Origin: an uncultured Candidatus Saccharibacteria bacterium
GTDB lineage: Bacteria > Patescibacteriota > Minisyncoccia > Phycocordibacterales > Phycocordibacteraceae
Direction of reading: 5' to 3'
NCBI GenBank assembly: GCA_964402535.1
Contig: CAYOCH010000002.1
Span: 6,661 to 70,660, forward strand
DNA: 64,000 nt
Position 1 is the first letter of the stretch, and each line of letters begins with the position of its first letter. The notes beneath the pieces were generated by a model that was not told where the DNA came from, did not search any database, and worked only from the letters and a program-made list of their open reading frames with translations. Of the stretch, positions 37,329-46,200 are shown in pieces. The position numbers and the translations under genes were made by a program.

Positions 37329-37694
37329 CTAGTGGATCGTCGGTTTGTCGCCGCCGTCAAACAGCTTCTCGGCGAGGTTGTGTTCGAGGAACTTGCGGGT
37401 CTGTGAGAGCGACGCGAGCTCTTCGTTCGCCTGACCGACATTCGCCGCAGAGCCCTCGCCGATCTGGCGTTCGAGGGCAGCGATCTTGCCGTTCGTCGAC
37501 TCCATCCAGTCAGAGACGACCTTGCGGACGACAGCGAGTTCGGCTGCCGAGAGCTCGATGCCGGTGTGCTCAGCGTCGCGCATCGTGCGCTCTTCGCTCG
37601 TGAGGAGATGCTCCGGCTTGCCGTGGCTCTCGATCGCGAGATCGGCCGCGCGATGGATCGATTCTTTGCCAAACCCGAAGTGTGCGAATGTCAT
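37329..37694 (-). CDS. hypothetical protein
   Basis: ~121 aa from the internal ATG; His/Glu-rich helical protein, family not recognised. Confidence 0.4.
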   Translation of the reverse strand: MTFAHFGFGKESIHRAADLAIESHGKPEHLLTSEERTMRDAEHTGIELSAAELAVVRKVVSDWMESTNGKIAALERQIGEGSAANVGQANEELASLSQTRKFLEHNLAEKLFDGGDKPTIH

Positions 37695-37788
37695 ATCTAT
37701 TGATGCTACGCCGCCCGCTCGGGCGGTCAACCGGCTGTGGTGCATAAACAAAAAGGGCGGGGAATCCCCACCCTCAGTGCTTCAGCCA

Positions 37789-38001
37789 TCAGGCCGGAGC
37801 GAACTTTTTTCTTGCGTTGCGGATCCTGCGACAAGCGAGTCGTCGCAGGAGGTTCCCGAGGTATTTCCTCCGGCCGCCGTCCGTGACACCGACTAGCGCA
37901 ATCCGGATCCCGTCCCCAACTCGACTCTCGATGTCACCTGCGAATCCCAACACGACGTTGAGTTTAGCCTCTTCTTCAGACGTCAGTTTCGCCTTAGTCA
38001 T
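37789..38001 (-). CDS. small CsbD-like hypothetical protein
   Basis: 70 aa; the N-terminus (MTKAKLTSEEEAKLNVVLGFAGDIESRVGDG) resembles CsbD stress proteins. Confidence 0.3.
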   Translation of the reverse strand: MTKAKLTSEEEAKLNVVLGFAGDIESRVGDGIRIALVGVTDGGRRKYLGNLLRRLACRRIRNARKKFAPA

Positions 38002-38125
38002 GCGATCCTCCCTGTAAAGGTTCAGCTAACAAGCAAAGGATAGCATACATATGCGCGCATGTCAAGCAAGCATTTATCCACAAAAAGAGTCGGCGCCCCG
38101 AGGGCGCCGATGAATGCGTGCCGGT

Positions 38126-38461
38126 TCAGGCCGCGAGTGCGCGATAGACATGCCGATTGTCGCGGAGCTGACGACAGATCGGCGTCACTCCGGTGATGCG
38201 GCTCACAACGCGCGCGAGCGTCGCCGCAGCGACGCGCGACTCGTGCTTATCCTTGAGTGCGACGATCCACTTCACTGCACTGGCGCCCGACTTGTTCAGG
38301 GTCAGAATGATCGAGCCGTTGACGAGCTCGTTTAGTCCGAGGACTAAGTTTGCCTGCCTGATACTGATCTCCTTCTTGAACCATATGCCGACGACGGATG
38401 GCTGTTCTAGCGAGACCTGTTCAGGGTGCACTGCGACAGCGTTGAAGTATTGATGCTTCAT
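38126..38461 (-). CDS. hypothetical protein
   Basis: 111-aa ORF; no confident family assignment. Confidence 0.4.
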   Translation of the reverse strand: MKHQYFNAVAVHPEQVSLEQPSVVGIWFKKEISIRQANLVLGLNELVNGSIILTLNKSGASAVKWIVALKDKHESRVAAATLARVVSRITGVTPICRQLRDNRHVYRALAA

Positions 38462-38574
38462 GTAAGACTCCTTTCATCTATGTTGTAGGTGGAGCAGCAG
38501 TCGAGAGGCACAAGCATCATGCCGAAGAACACGACCGCTAAAACGGTACGATAAAAAGCGCAAAAGCGCAAGTG

Positions 38575-39030
38575 CTACGCGAGGAGTGCGTCGATGACGG
38601 CCTTCACGTCTGCGCCGTCAGCCTTGCCCTTCAAGTCCTTCATCAGCATGCCGGTGAGCTTGCCGGCCTCGGCCTTCCAAGTGACGCCGAGTTCGGCCAT
38701 CTTGGCCTTTGCGATCGCCTCGATCTCGGCTCGCGGCATCATCTGGGGGAGATAGGAGTCGATGATCTCGAGCTCTGCCTGTTCGACGGCGATCAGGTCG
38801 GTGCGGTTCGCCTTGGTGAACTGCTCGATCGAGTCCTTGCGCTGGTTGCTCGAGCGCTTCAGCACCGCGATCGCCTCTTCGTCGGTGAGGAACTCGTCGG
38901 GCTTACGCTTCTTGGCGACGACCTCGTTCGTCATCGCGGTCACGAGCGAGCGGAGCGTGCGGAGCTTAACCTCGTCGTGCGCCCGCAGCGCCTCGGGGAT
39001 CGACTTCTTCAGTGTTTCGTGGATAGCCAT
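38575..39030 (-). CDS. yqeY: GatB/YqeY-domain protein
   Basis: MAIHETLKKSIPEALRAHDEVKLRTLRSL…IEQFTKANRTDLIAVEQAELEIIDSYLP; start at the internal ATG. Confidence 0.7.
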   Translation of the reverse strand: MAIHETLKKSIPEALRAHDEVKLRTLRSLVTAMTNEVVAKKRKPDEFLTDEEAIAVLKRSSNQRKDSIEQFTKANRTDLIAVEQAELEIIDSYLPQMMPRAEIEAIAKAKMAELGVTWKAEAGKLTGMLMKDLKGKADGADVKAVIDALLA

Positions 39031-39049
39031 ATGGCCGTATAATACACCA

Positions 39050-40105
39050 ATGGACGCGCTCACCATCCTCCTTATTGTCGCGGCGCTCGTCATCATCAAC
39101 CTCGTCGCGCTCGTGGTCATCTATGGGCGGATCAAGAAGCCGGCAGAGGAGGGGAGCGGCCTTGTCTTGCTGCAGCAGCAGATGCAGGAGCTCTCGCGCA
39201 CGCTCGACGCGCGCGTGTCAGAGTCGACCCGCATCGCTGCAGAGAACGCGCATCGCCAGTTCAGCGAGAGCAACAAGCTGATCAAAGAGATCACCACCGA
39301 GCTCACCTCGGTCAAGGAGATCGGCCGACAGACCCAGACCTATGCCGAGCAGCTACAGTCGCTCCAGGACCTCTTGAAGAACCCGAAGCAGCGCGGCATC
39401 CTCGGCGAGTACTATCTCGAGACCACGCTTAAGAACGTGCTCCCGCCCGGCATGTACCAGATCCAGTACCCCTTCAAGAACGGCGAGATCGTCGATGCAG
39501 CCGTATTCGTGAACGAAAAGGTCGTGCCGGTGGACTCCAAGTTCTCGCTCGACAACTACAACCGTTTCGTCTCGACGCCGGTCGGCTCGGCCGAGCGCGC
39601 CGCCGCCGAGAAGGCGTTCGTGAACGACCTGAAGCTCCGTATCCAAGAGACAGCCAAGTATATCCGGCCGGAGGAGGACACCATGGACTTCGCGTTCATG
39701 TTCATCCCGAGCGAGGGCATCTACTACGACCTCCTGACCAACCAAGTAGGCGGGGGAGAGGAGGAGAACCTGATCCAGCGCGCCGCGAGCAAGTATAAGG
39801 TCATTATCGTCTCGCCGACCTCGTTCTTGGCCTACCTCCAGACCGTGCTCCAGGGCTTGAAGGCGCTCGAGATCGAGAAGAGGGCTGAAGAGATCCAGAA
39901 GCGGGTGGGGGAGCTGACCAAGCACATCGAGGCGACCAATACCTTCTATATGAAGCTCGGCAACGCGCTCGGGACGGTCGTCTCTCACTACAATGCCGGC
40001 CACAAAGAGCTCGCCAAGATAGACAAGGACGTCTACCGCATCGCCGGGAACAAGGTCGGCGTCGAGCCCGAGCTCCTCGACAAGCCGGCTGCGGGAGACG
40101 AGTAG
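39050..40105 (+). CDS. rmuC: DNA recombination protein RmuC
   Basis: TATAAT box at 39037; N-terminal TM, long coiled coil, then a conserved RmuC C-terminal domain (…DFAFMFIPSEGIYYDLL…). Confidence 0.8.
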   Translation: MDALTILLIVAALVIINLVALVVIYGRIKKPAEEGSGLVLLQQQMQELSRTLDARVSESTRIAAENAHRQFSESNKLIKEITTELTSVKEIGRQTQTYAEQLQSLQDLLKNPKQRGILGEYYLETTLKNVLPPGMYQIQYPFKNGEIVDAAVFVNEKVVPVDSKFSLDNYNRFVSTPVGSAERAAAEKAFVNDLKLRIQETAKYIRPEEDTMDFAFMFIPSEGIYYDLLTNQVGGGEEENLIQRAASKYKVIIVSPTSFLAYLQTVLQGLKALEIEKRAEEIQKRVGELTKHIEATNTFYMKLGNALGTVVSHYNAGHKELAKIDKDVYRIAGNKVGVEPELLDKPAAGDE

Positions 40106-40877
40106 ATTACGAAAGTCAGACTCTCGTAAATCGTGTACTATGTGATGAATGCGCGTTGAGCCGTACGGCATCGATTCTATTGTCCACGCGATGAAGCGTG
40201 GTGCGCGTGGCTTGCCCATTACTCGTGATCTAGCGGATCAATGGAGATTCGTCCGGTTACTCTATTTTGCGAATGATGAGTACAAGGACGACTCATGGGA
40301 GCGAGAGACGGACGGGCTAGGTATGTTTGGTAGGCCGGACACATGGCCCGAACGCGTTCCGCTCGTCAAGATTCTCGGCTGGGTGCTCATGCCGAATCAT
40401 TTTCATCTGTTGCTTCGGGAAAGTCGCGAGCGTGGTATCTCGAAGTTCATGCAGAAACTGTGCGGCAGCATGACTGCGCATTTCAATTTGAAATATGAAG
40501 AGAGGGGAAGCCTGTTCCAAGGCGCGTATAAAGGGCGCACAATAGATAGTGATGTATACCTGCGGCATATAGGACCGTACATCATGGTGAAGAACGTGTT
40601 CGAACTCTACCCGGGCGGGTATGAGCGAGCCGTCAGCGAATTCGATACGGCATGGGAATGGGCGGTCGAGACGTACCGGTTCTCGAGTTTGGCGGATTAC
40701 GCTGCTGGTCGTAACTCGCCGATTATCGATAAGGATGTACTAGGAGGGCTGTTCCCGTCCCCAAGCGATTTCCGTGAGTACGCGAAGCAGGCCGTCCTTA
40801 GCCGGACTACCGAGTCCTTAGACGAGTTTCGCAGATTGGTTCTAGAATAGTTTACGAAAGTCAGACTCTCGTAAATT
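40106..40877 (+). mobile_element. IS200/IS605-like (RAYT-like) element: Y1 transposase flanked by 26-nt imperfect-palindrome direct repeats
   Basis: aTTACGAAAGTCAGACTCTCGTAAAT at 40106-40131 and tTTACGAAAGTCAGACTCTCGTAAAT at 40851-40877, each right after a TAG stop, bracketing the transposase ORF. Confidence 0.6.
40149..40850 (+). CDS. IS200-like Y1 (HuH) transposase / REP-associated tyrosine transposase
   Basis: HuH motif MPNHFHLLL, downstream Tyr-containing region (…YLRHIGPYIMVKN…); homologous to 60319..61038. Confidence 0.7.
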   Translation: MRVEPYGIDSIVHAMKRGARGLPITRDLADQWRFVRLLYFANDEYKDDSWERETDGLGMFGRPDTWPERVPLVKILGWVLMPNHFHLLLRESRERGISKFMQKLCGSMTAHFNLKYEERGSLFQGAYKGRTIDSDVYLRHIGPYIMVKNVFELYPGGYERAVSEFDTAWEWAVETYRFSSLADYAAGRNSPIIDKDVLGGLFPSPSDFREYAKQAVLSRTTESLDEFRRLVLE

Positions 40878-40933
40878 GAGCCGAGGCGAGCGGGGTTGCC
40901 TTTTAGGGGGAGAAATGCTAGATTGCAGGGACT

Positions 40934-41251
40934 ATGGAAGTGGCCGTGATCAAGACCGGTGGCAAGCAGTATGTCGTCTCAAAGGGCGACACTATCGCTA
41001 TTGAGAAGCTCCCGGGCGATCTTAAGAAGGGTGACACGGTTGTCTTTGGCGAGGTGCTCCTCGTCGACAACGGCTCGGACACGACCATCGGCGCGCCGGT
41101 TATCAAGGGCGCGGAGGTCAAGGGCACTGTTGTTCTCGCCGGGAAGGCGAAGAAGGTCGAGGTGGTGAAGTACAAGCCGAAGAGCCGCTATTTCAAGCGC
41201 AACGGCCACCGCCAGCCGGTCCTCAAAGTCAAAATTGATTCGATAGCGTAA
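40934..41251 (+). CDS. rplU: 50S ribosomal protein L21
   Basis: MEVAVIKTGGKQYVVSKGDTIAIEKL…KVEVVKYKPKSRYFKRNGHRQ. Confidence 0.9.
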   Translation: MEVAVIKTGGKQYVVSKGDTIAIEKLPGDLKKGDTVVFGEVLLVDNGSDTTIGAPVIKGAEVKGTVVLAGKAKKVEVVKYKPKSRYFKRNGHRQPVLKVKIDSIA

Positions 41252-41398
41252 CGCGCCAAAAGCTCGCGCTGCTGCGTTACGGGGCCCCGCAATTTCTTCC
41301 GTCGTACCTCTGAGTACGCCTCCAGAAATCGCATCCCCGTGCCTTGCATCTCGCGCTTTTGACTGCGTTTTGATAATACGCATCACTAACACTACGCA

Positions 41399-42805
41399 AT
41401 GCAAATAGGCAGATGGAATCATCAATCATCCGGCGGCTCTCACGGGGGCAGTCGGGGCTCTCGTCATGACGGCGAGCGCCGTTCTCATACCTCTCATAGC
41501 GCTCACACGTCGAGCGACACCGGCCATGCGCCGCGCCGACGCTCGTTCTCACCGGAGCGCGATGGGGCGCGCCGGAGCTACGGCGAGCGCCGTGGCTATA
41601 GCGGCCGCAGCAGTGGGCGCTCGTTTGGCGGCGATCGGCCGCGCGGCGGCAGCCGCGGTCGCGGCAGGGGAGGCGTCGGCGCCTTCGGCATGACCGAGAG
41701 TGAGATCGCCAAGTTCGTGAACAAGTCAGATGGTCCGGTAGAGGTGCAGCAGGCATTTACGCCTGAACACTCTTTCACCGACTTCGTGATCAACGAGCAC
41801 TTGAAGCGCAATATTCTCGCACGCGGCTACGAGACGCCGACGCCAATCCAGGACAAGGCGATCGAGCCAGCTCTCGAGGGCAAGGACGTGGTCGGTCTCG
41901 CAGAGACCGGCACCGGCAAGACCGCGGCCTTCTTGATCCCGCTCATCGATAAGGTGATGCGGGTGAAGGGGGAGCGCGTCCTCGTGATGGCGCCGACGCG
42001 CGAGCTCGCCGTCCAGATCGAAAAGGAGTTGGCCGGCTTCGCGAAGGGGCTCGGCTTCCGCGGCATGGTCGCGGTCGGCGGGGCGAACATCAACCCGCAG
42101 ATCTCGCAGCTCCGGCACAACCCGTCATTCGTGATCGGTACGCCGGGCCGCTTGAAGGACTTGATGGAGCGTCGTGCGCTAGACCTCTCTGGCTTCGGCA
42201 CGGTCGTGCTTGACGAGGCAGACCGGATGCTCGACATGGGCTTTATCGACGACATGCGCTTCATCCTCGGCAAGATGCGCGCAGAGCGTCACACGCTCTT
42301 CTTCAGTGCGACGATGTCCAAGGAGATCGAGTCGCTGATCGGCGACTTCTTGACCGACCCGGTCATCATCTCGGTCAAGACGCGCGACACGTCGAAGAAC
42401 GTCGATCAGGATGTCGTACGGATCCCGCGCGGCGCCGACAAGTTCAACGTGCTTGTCGATCTCTTGCAGGACCGCGACTTCAGCAAGGTGCTCGTCTTCG
42501 GTCGCACCAAGTACGGCGTCGAGAAGCTCGGCCGCATGCTCCACAAGAGCGGTATCAAGGCCGAGTCGATCCACGGCGACAAGTCCCACAACGCCCGTAT
42601 CCGAGCGCTCGAGCAGTTCAAGAGCGGTAAGGTGACGGCTCTTGTGGCGACCGACGTTGCCGCCCGCGGCCTCGATATCCCGGCCGTCTCGCACGTGATC
42701 AACTACGACCTGCCCTCGACCTATGAGGACTACGTCCACCGCATCGGCCGCACCGGCCGTGCAGAGGCCAAGGGCAAGGCGCTCACGTTCGTAGCCGATC
42801 GATAA
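41399..42805 (+). CDS. DEAD-box ATP-dependent RNA helicase with N-terminal Arg/Ser/Gly-rich extension
   Basis: Q-motif (TPIQ), motif I (AETGTGKT), DEAD (VLDEAD), SAT, HRIGRTGR. The first ~95 aa are RS/RGG low-complexity; the true start may be downstream. Confidence 0.85.
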   Translation: MQIGRWNHQSSGGSHGGSRGSRHDGERRSHTSHSAHTSSDTGHAPRRRSFSPERDGARRSYGERRGYSGRSSGRSFGGDRPRGGSRGRGRGGVGAFGMTESEIAKFVNKSDGPVEVQQAFTPEHSFTDFVINEHLKRNILARGYETPTPIQDKAIEPALEGKDVVGLAETGTGKTAAFLIPLIDKVMRVKGERVLVMAPTRELAVQIEKELAGFAKGLGFRGMVAVGGANINPQISQLRHNPSFVIGTPGRLKDLMERRALDLSGFGTVVLDEADRMLDMGFIDDMRFILGKMRAERHTLFFSATMSKEIESLIGDFLTDPVIISVKTRDTSKNVDQDVVRIPRGADKFNVLVDLLQDRDFSKVLVFGRTKYGVEKLGRMLHKSGIKAESIHGDKSHNARIRALEQFKSGKVTALVATDVAARGLDIPAVSHVINYDLPSTYEDYVHRIGRTGRAEAKGKALTFVADR

Positions 42806-42823
42806 TCTGCAGACCAAAGAGAA

Positions 42824-42851
42824 AAAGAGGCGGAGAAATCCGCCTCTTTTG
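42824..42851 (+). terminator. intrinsic terminator after the helicase gene
   Basis: agaggcgg-agaaat-ccgcctct followed by TTTT. Confidence 0.6.
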
Positions 42852-43262
42852 CATTGTATATACGGCATATCTTGTCTCGTCGAGACGAGATAGCAAGATG
42901 ATACGCGGGTGGATGATAGTAGGCGTGTACGAATGCTGCGATCGTAGCTGTGAGGTGGTCTTGAGCATGGACAGTGCCGGCATGCGGAGGCAAATCTCGG
43001 AGAATCTCCGTGGAACCACGATGACTGTTGATGCTGGTGTCTTGAGGCTCAAAATTCGCGTATGAGGGGGGGTCACATTTTGCGCACTTTTGGCCGCAGC
43101 AAATGGAGCGAGTCGGTGGCTCGATATCTTGCAGATCAAACTTTGAGCTACCTGAGACAGTCGATGCCATCCGAAAATTTTGCTTGAAAAGTTATCCACT
43201 CATAAAGATGCAATGAACTGGAAATAATCAGTTAGTATCTGATTAGTTCCACTCTTGTACGG

Positions 43263-46200
43263 ATGAAATCGAAGCGCGAAACGAAGGGCCTCATCTCCAC
43301 CCGCTACGCCGGAAAAATTTCGGGCTATACGTCTGCCTACTTGCGCCGCCTCGCACGCTCCGGTGAGATCGAGGGTGTGCAGGTCGGCCGCGTGTGGATG
43401 ATCCGCCAGGCCTCTCTGATTCGCTTTCTCGACGAGCAGGCCAAGCGCAAGGAGGAGCTCTCCAAGGAGCGCGCCCGCGTCCACGCCGAGGAGTACCTCT
43501 CACACCAGGCGCCGGTGAAGCGCGTAGTCGCCAAGATCGCGAAGCCGATCCCGGTCAAGAACGTCGACGTCGAGGGGCTCGTCTCGAGCTCGCGCTCGCT
43601 CGTGGTCACGGTCGTCGTGGCGCTCGTCGCTGGCACGATCGCAGCACAAGGTCTCACGCCGACGCTCACAAGGATCGCTGCGCAGCCGGCGGCGGCACTC
43701 AACGCCGGCGAGCAGATCGCCGTTGCGACCTACGAGACGATCCACGGCCTCTTCACCTCGACGACGAGTGCGCTTGCCGACCTCTTCGCTCCGGCGCCGA
43801 CGATCGTGGTACCGGCTCCGCAGATCCGCGTGAACAAGCCGCCGCTCGCAGTCGCGTCATCATCACCGACGCAGACCAAACCGAAGCAGGTCGCTATCGC
43901 TCCGATTCTCCCGGCTCCGTACAAGGAGCCGGCACCCGTTTCGTACCCGACCTACGTCACGACCATCAACGGCGTCTCGCAGAGCTATGTCGATGCCGCG
44001 GTCTCCGCGATGCGGAGCGGAATCCTCGCCACCGTCTCGGGGATGCTCGCGCCGGTCGCGCAGCAGACCGTCGTCAATCAGACGACCATCCAGCAGGTCA
44101 ACATGATCCAGCGGCTCGGCGGCCTGATCGTCGACAACGGCCAGTTCAACGGCGGCACGTTCGACAAGGGGACGATGACGAACGGCATCGCCGTGAATGC
44201 CGAGAATGCGACGTTCACGAATCTCTCGGCGGGCAACGTGAACCTGGGCGCATCGAACCTCGCGACGACGACCGTCTCGGGCGATCTCACGCTCTCGGGC
44301 GTCTTGTCGGCGAACACGAAGGCTGTCGCGCCCTACTTCGTCGCCACCGCCTCGAACGCCACCAGCACCTTTGCCGGCGGCCTTGCGGTCGGCACGCAGC
44401 GTCTCGTGGTCGACTCGACCACCGGCCGCGTCGGCATCGGCACGACCTCGCCAGCACAGACACTCGAGGTCTCGAGCGCCGGCGACTGGAGCGGCATCAA
44501 CATCACGACGACCGCCGCGGGCAACCACCAGGCGATCTCCTTCAATCACCCGGAGGGCTATCCCTTCCAGATCTTCACGAGCTACACCGGCGGGCGACCT
44601 GACACGCAGTTCTACGTCGGGAGCAGCGGGACGGTCTTCATGTCGAGCAACAAGTTGGCAGTGAACGGCGGGGCGATCCCGTCGGCATCTGAGGCAGCAC
44701 TCTCGGTCGTGCCGGTAGGCACTGAGCCTGGCTTGAACGTCAAGAATAACGTTAACGGCTCATCGTCGCTCTTGGTGACGAATCTCGGCAAGGTGGGTCT
44801 CGCTTCTACGACTCCCTGGGCGCAGCTCTCGGTGAACCCGAACGGCATCACGGGCCCCGCATTCGCGATCGGCAGCTCGACCGCCACCAACTTCGTCGTG
44901 ACGAACGGCGGGCAGGTGGGTATCGGGACGACAAGTCCGGCATACACGTTTGATGTTACCGGTAGTGCGCGGATGGATAACCTCGCAGTGTCACAGAGCG
45001 GCGGCTTCCGCGCTGTCACGGGCAGCTGGGCCGGATCGCCGAGCGGCGACAACCTGAGCTGGCTCGCATTCGGTTGGGCTGACAATACGAAATACCATCG
45101 TATCCGCACGTGCGGGTTCTCGAACGATAACTTGTGCTTCGATTTGATCAATCCGTCGACGCACTACCTCTCGATCACCGGGCAGCTGAACTCGGTCTAC
45201 GGTGCGACGATCGGCTATGCCGCGGGTACTGCCGGACCGACAAACGGCCTTGCCGTGAGCGGCTCGACAGGCATCGGCACCACCTCTCCGTGGGCGCAGC
45301 TCTCGGTTAACCCGAACGGGATCACTGGCCCCGCATTCGCAATCGGCTCCTCGACCGCCACGAACTTCGTCGTGACGAATGGGGGGAATGTCGGGATCGG
45401 GACTACTTCGCCGCAAAGCACGTTTGTCGTCAATGGCACGTCCCAGTTTACGAATAATGCTGTGTTCAATGCGCAGATCAGCGTCAGTCAGATTACCTCG
45501 CCGAATAACTTGTTGATTGCTGCAGGCGGACCACTGGTGCAGATTGCGGGTCACCTAGTGCCGCAAGTTACCGGTACATATGATTTGGGTTCTGCGAGTG
45601 CCGGATGGAGAAACGTGTATGTAACCGGGAACGTCGGCATCGGCACCACCTCGCCAAGCGCGACACTCGCAGTGCAGGGCAACGGCCTTTTCTCGGGCAA
45701 TCTCACCGCCTCGGGCAATACCTATATAGGTGCGACATCGGCGAACACCCTCACGGTGAACGCGCTCGTTAACTCTGACATCACGCCGAGCACGAACGCG
45801 GTCAACTCGCTCGGCTCGCCGAGCTTCTATTGGAAGAATGTCTACGCCGCGAACGTGATCGCCAACAACATCAGCGCCGCCTCGACCACGATCGCGGGCA
45901 CGGCCTCGGCCACCTTCACGATCAACTCGGGCAACGCGACGGCCGACACGCTCGACTCCTCACTCGTCTTCTTCCGCGGGACCGTCGTCCCGAACGCCGT
46001 TCTCGGTTGGGACTCGACCAACAAGCGCTTCACGATGAATCAGCCGCTCTTTATCCAGAACGCGTCGAATAACGGCGGCGGCGTGATCTCGCTCGCGGTA
46101 CAAGGGCTCGCTGGCCAGACCGCCGACGTCCTCCGCATCGCCTCCTCGACCGGCACGAGCTACTTGAACGTGACTGCGGGCGGGAATGTGGGGATCGGGA

